A DNA stretch of 60,433 nucleotides, the filler included, from Methanobacteriota archaeon (lineage in GTDB: Archaea; JACRDV01), in assembly GCA_024860865.1 (NCBI GenBank). It is 9 parts of 9 records of this genome, joined end to end, with 100 filler letters (N's around TTAATTAATTAA, not from the genome) between each part and the next. Parts side by side here need not be neighbours in the genome. Positions count along the whole stretch, not along the records: positions 57,573 to 60,433 come from JACRDV010000003.1; 8 more parts are not named here. One strand, 5' to 3'. The stretch's first letter is position 1. Every line of letters starts with the position of its first letter. Both the position numbers and the translations under genes were made by a program. This document shows positions 59,640 through 60,433 of the stretch, in pieces. Below the pieces are notes generated by a model, which worked only from the letters and a program-made list of their open reading frames with translations, was not told the origin of the DNA and did not search any database.

Positions 59640-60433
59640 CCTCGGCGAGAAGTCCCCTTTCAAAGGGATGAGAGCGATTACTTTCGGGGACCTCTCCCCA
59701 AAAATCATATGTAGGGGAACCGAATTCAGTTGATGCGATGCTGAGCTACAAGTTTCGCATATACCCATCTAAGACAATTAAGCAAAAGCTGGTTGAGCAG
59801 CTTGAGCTGTGCAGATGGCTTTACAATCGCCTACTAGAGGAATTGGAAAAAGCCAAGAAAGAAGAAAGAGAACTGAAACCAATAGAAACGCAAGCCCTAA
59901 TTGTGAAACTGAAAGAAGAGAAGCCAGGGCTTAAGACAGTGTATTCTAAAGTCCTGCAAATGGTGAACTATCAGCTCTGGTCAAATGTTAGAGCACTATC
60001 GGAGCTAAAGAAGAATGGTAAAAAAATCGGAAAGCTTCGGTTCAAGGGCAAGGGCTGGTTCAAAACTCTCAACTATAACCAATCGGGCTTTAGAATAAAT
60101 GGCAAGAAACTAATGCCATCTAAAATTGGAGAAATTCCAATAAAAATTCACAGAGAAATCGATGGCAAAATCAAAGGAGTTATAGTGAAGAAAGAATGCT
60201 CAGGTAAGTGGTTTGCGATAGTTCAAGTAGATGCTGAACCAGAACCACTACAAAAGACTGGAAAAGTTGTTGGAATTGACGTAGGAATAAAACATTTCCT
60301 TACTGATAGCGAAGGACATCAGATAGAGAATCCAAAATTCTATGAAAAATCCTTAAACCGCGTAAGGATTGGACAGAAGAAATTATCAAAGAAACAAAAA
60401 GGTTCTAAAAACAGAGAGAAGCAAAGAATAAAA
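59640..60433 (+). mobile_element. IS200/IS605 (IS1341-type) element: structured left end plus tnpB, runs off the window
   Basis: GAGAAGTCCCC...GGGGACCTCTC stem directly before tnpB; no tnpA upstream. Confidence 0.75.
59738..60433 (+). CDS. tnpB: TnpB nuclease (5' part, not in the ORF track)
   Basis: MLSYKFRIYPS, CRWLYN, LRFKG, YNQSGF, VVGIDVGIKHFLTDS, KGSKNREK. Confidence 0.93.
   Translation, partial: MLSYKFRIYPSKTIKQKLVEQLELCRWLYNRLLEELEKAKKEERELKPIETQALIVKLKEEKPGLKTVYSKVLQMVNYQLWSNVRALSELKKNGKKIGKLRFKGKGWFKTLNYNQSGFRINGKKLMPSKIGEIPIKIHREIDGKIKGVIVKKECSGKWFAIVQVDAEPEPLQKTGKVVGIDVGIKHFLTDSEGHQIENPKFYEKSLNRVRIGQKKLSKKQKGSKNREKQRIK

Noticed and set aside
1-60433. CRISPR arrays, tRNA or rRNA genes
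   Set aside because: None recognised by eye; tRNAscan-SE and Infernal would be needed to exclude small RNAs formally

Overview
AT-rich archaeal draft sequence made of nine contigs joined by eight artificial 100-nt spacers (N44-TTAATTAATTAA-N44), so gene order across spacers carries no information. The lineage cannot be assigned from the sequence alone. Content: translation and RNA modification genes (leuS, rsmA, HemK-like MTase, DRG GTPase, trmJ, L40e, tsr3, GTPBP, Trm5/Taw2, NMD3, aIF2-beta), DNA ligase and an RPA-like protein; energy conservation (complex I/Fpo-like membrane subunits J1-J2-K-L-M-N, A-type ATP synthase H-I-K-E-C, IorAB, a monoheme c-type cytochrome lipoprotein); lipid and inositol genes (GGGP synthase, CDP-alcohol transferase, ino1); pterin/flavin-related genes; glyA; many toxin-antitoxin modules; an IS630 element; and TnpB elements and remnants. 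The standout feature is in leuS. It is interrupted just before its HIGH motif by a 25-nt insertion (5669-5693) that creates an in-frame stop and a frameshift and folds into a near-canonical bulge-helix-bulge motif. Cutting at the canonical endonuclease positions restores YPYLSGRLHIGH exactly. This is a strong candidate for a tRNA-type intron in the mRNA of an essential archaeal protein.
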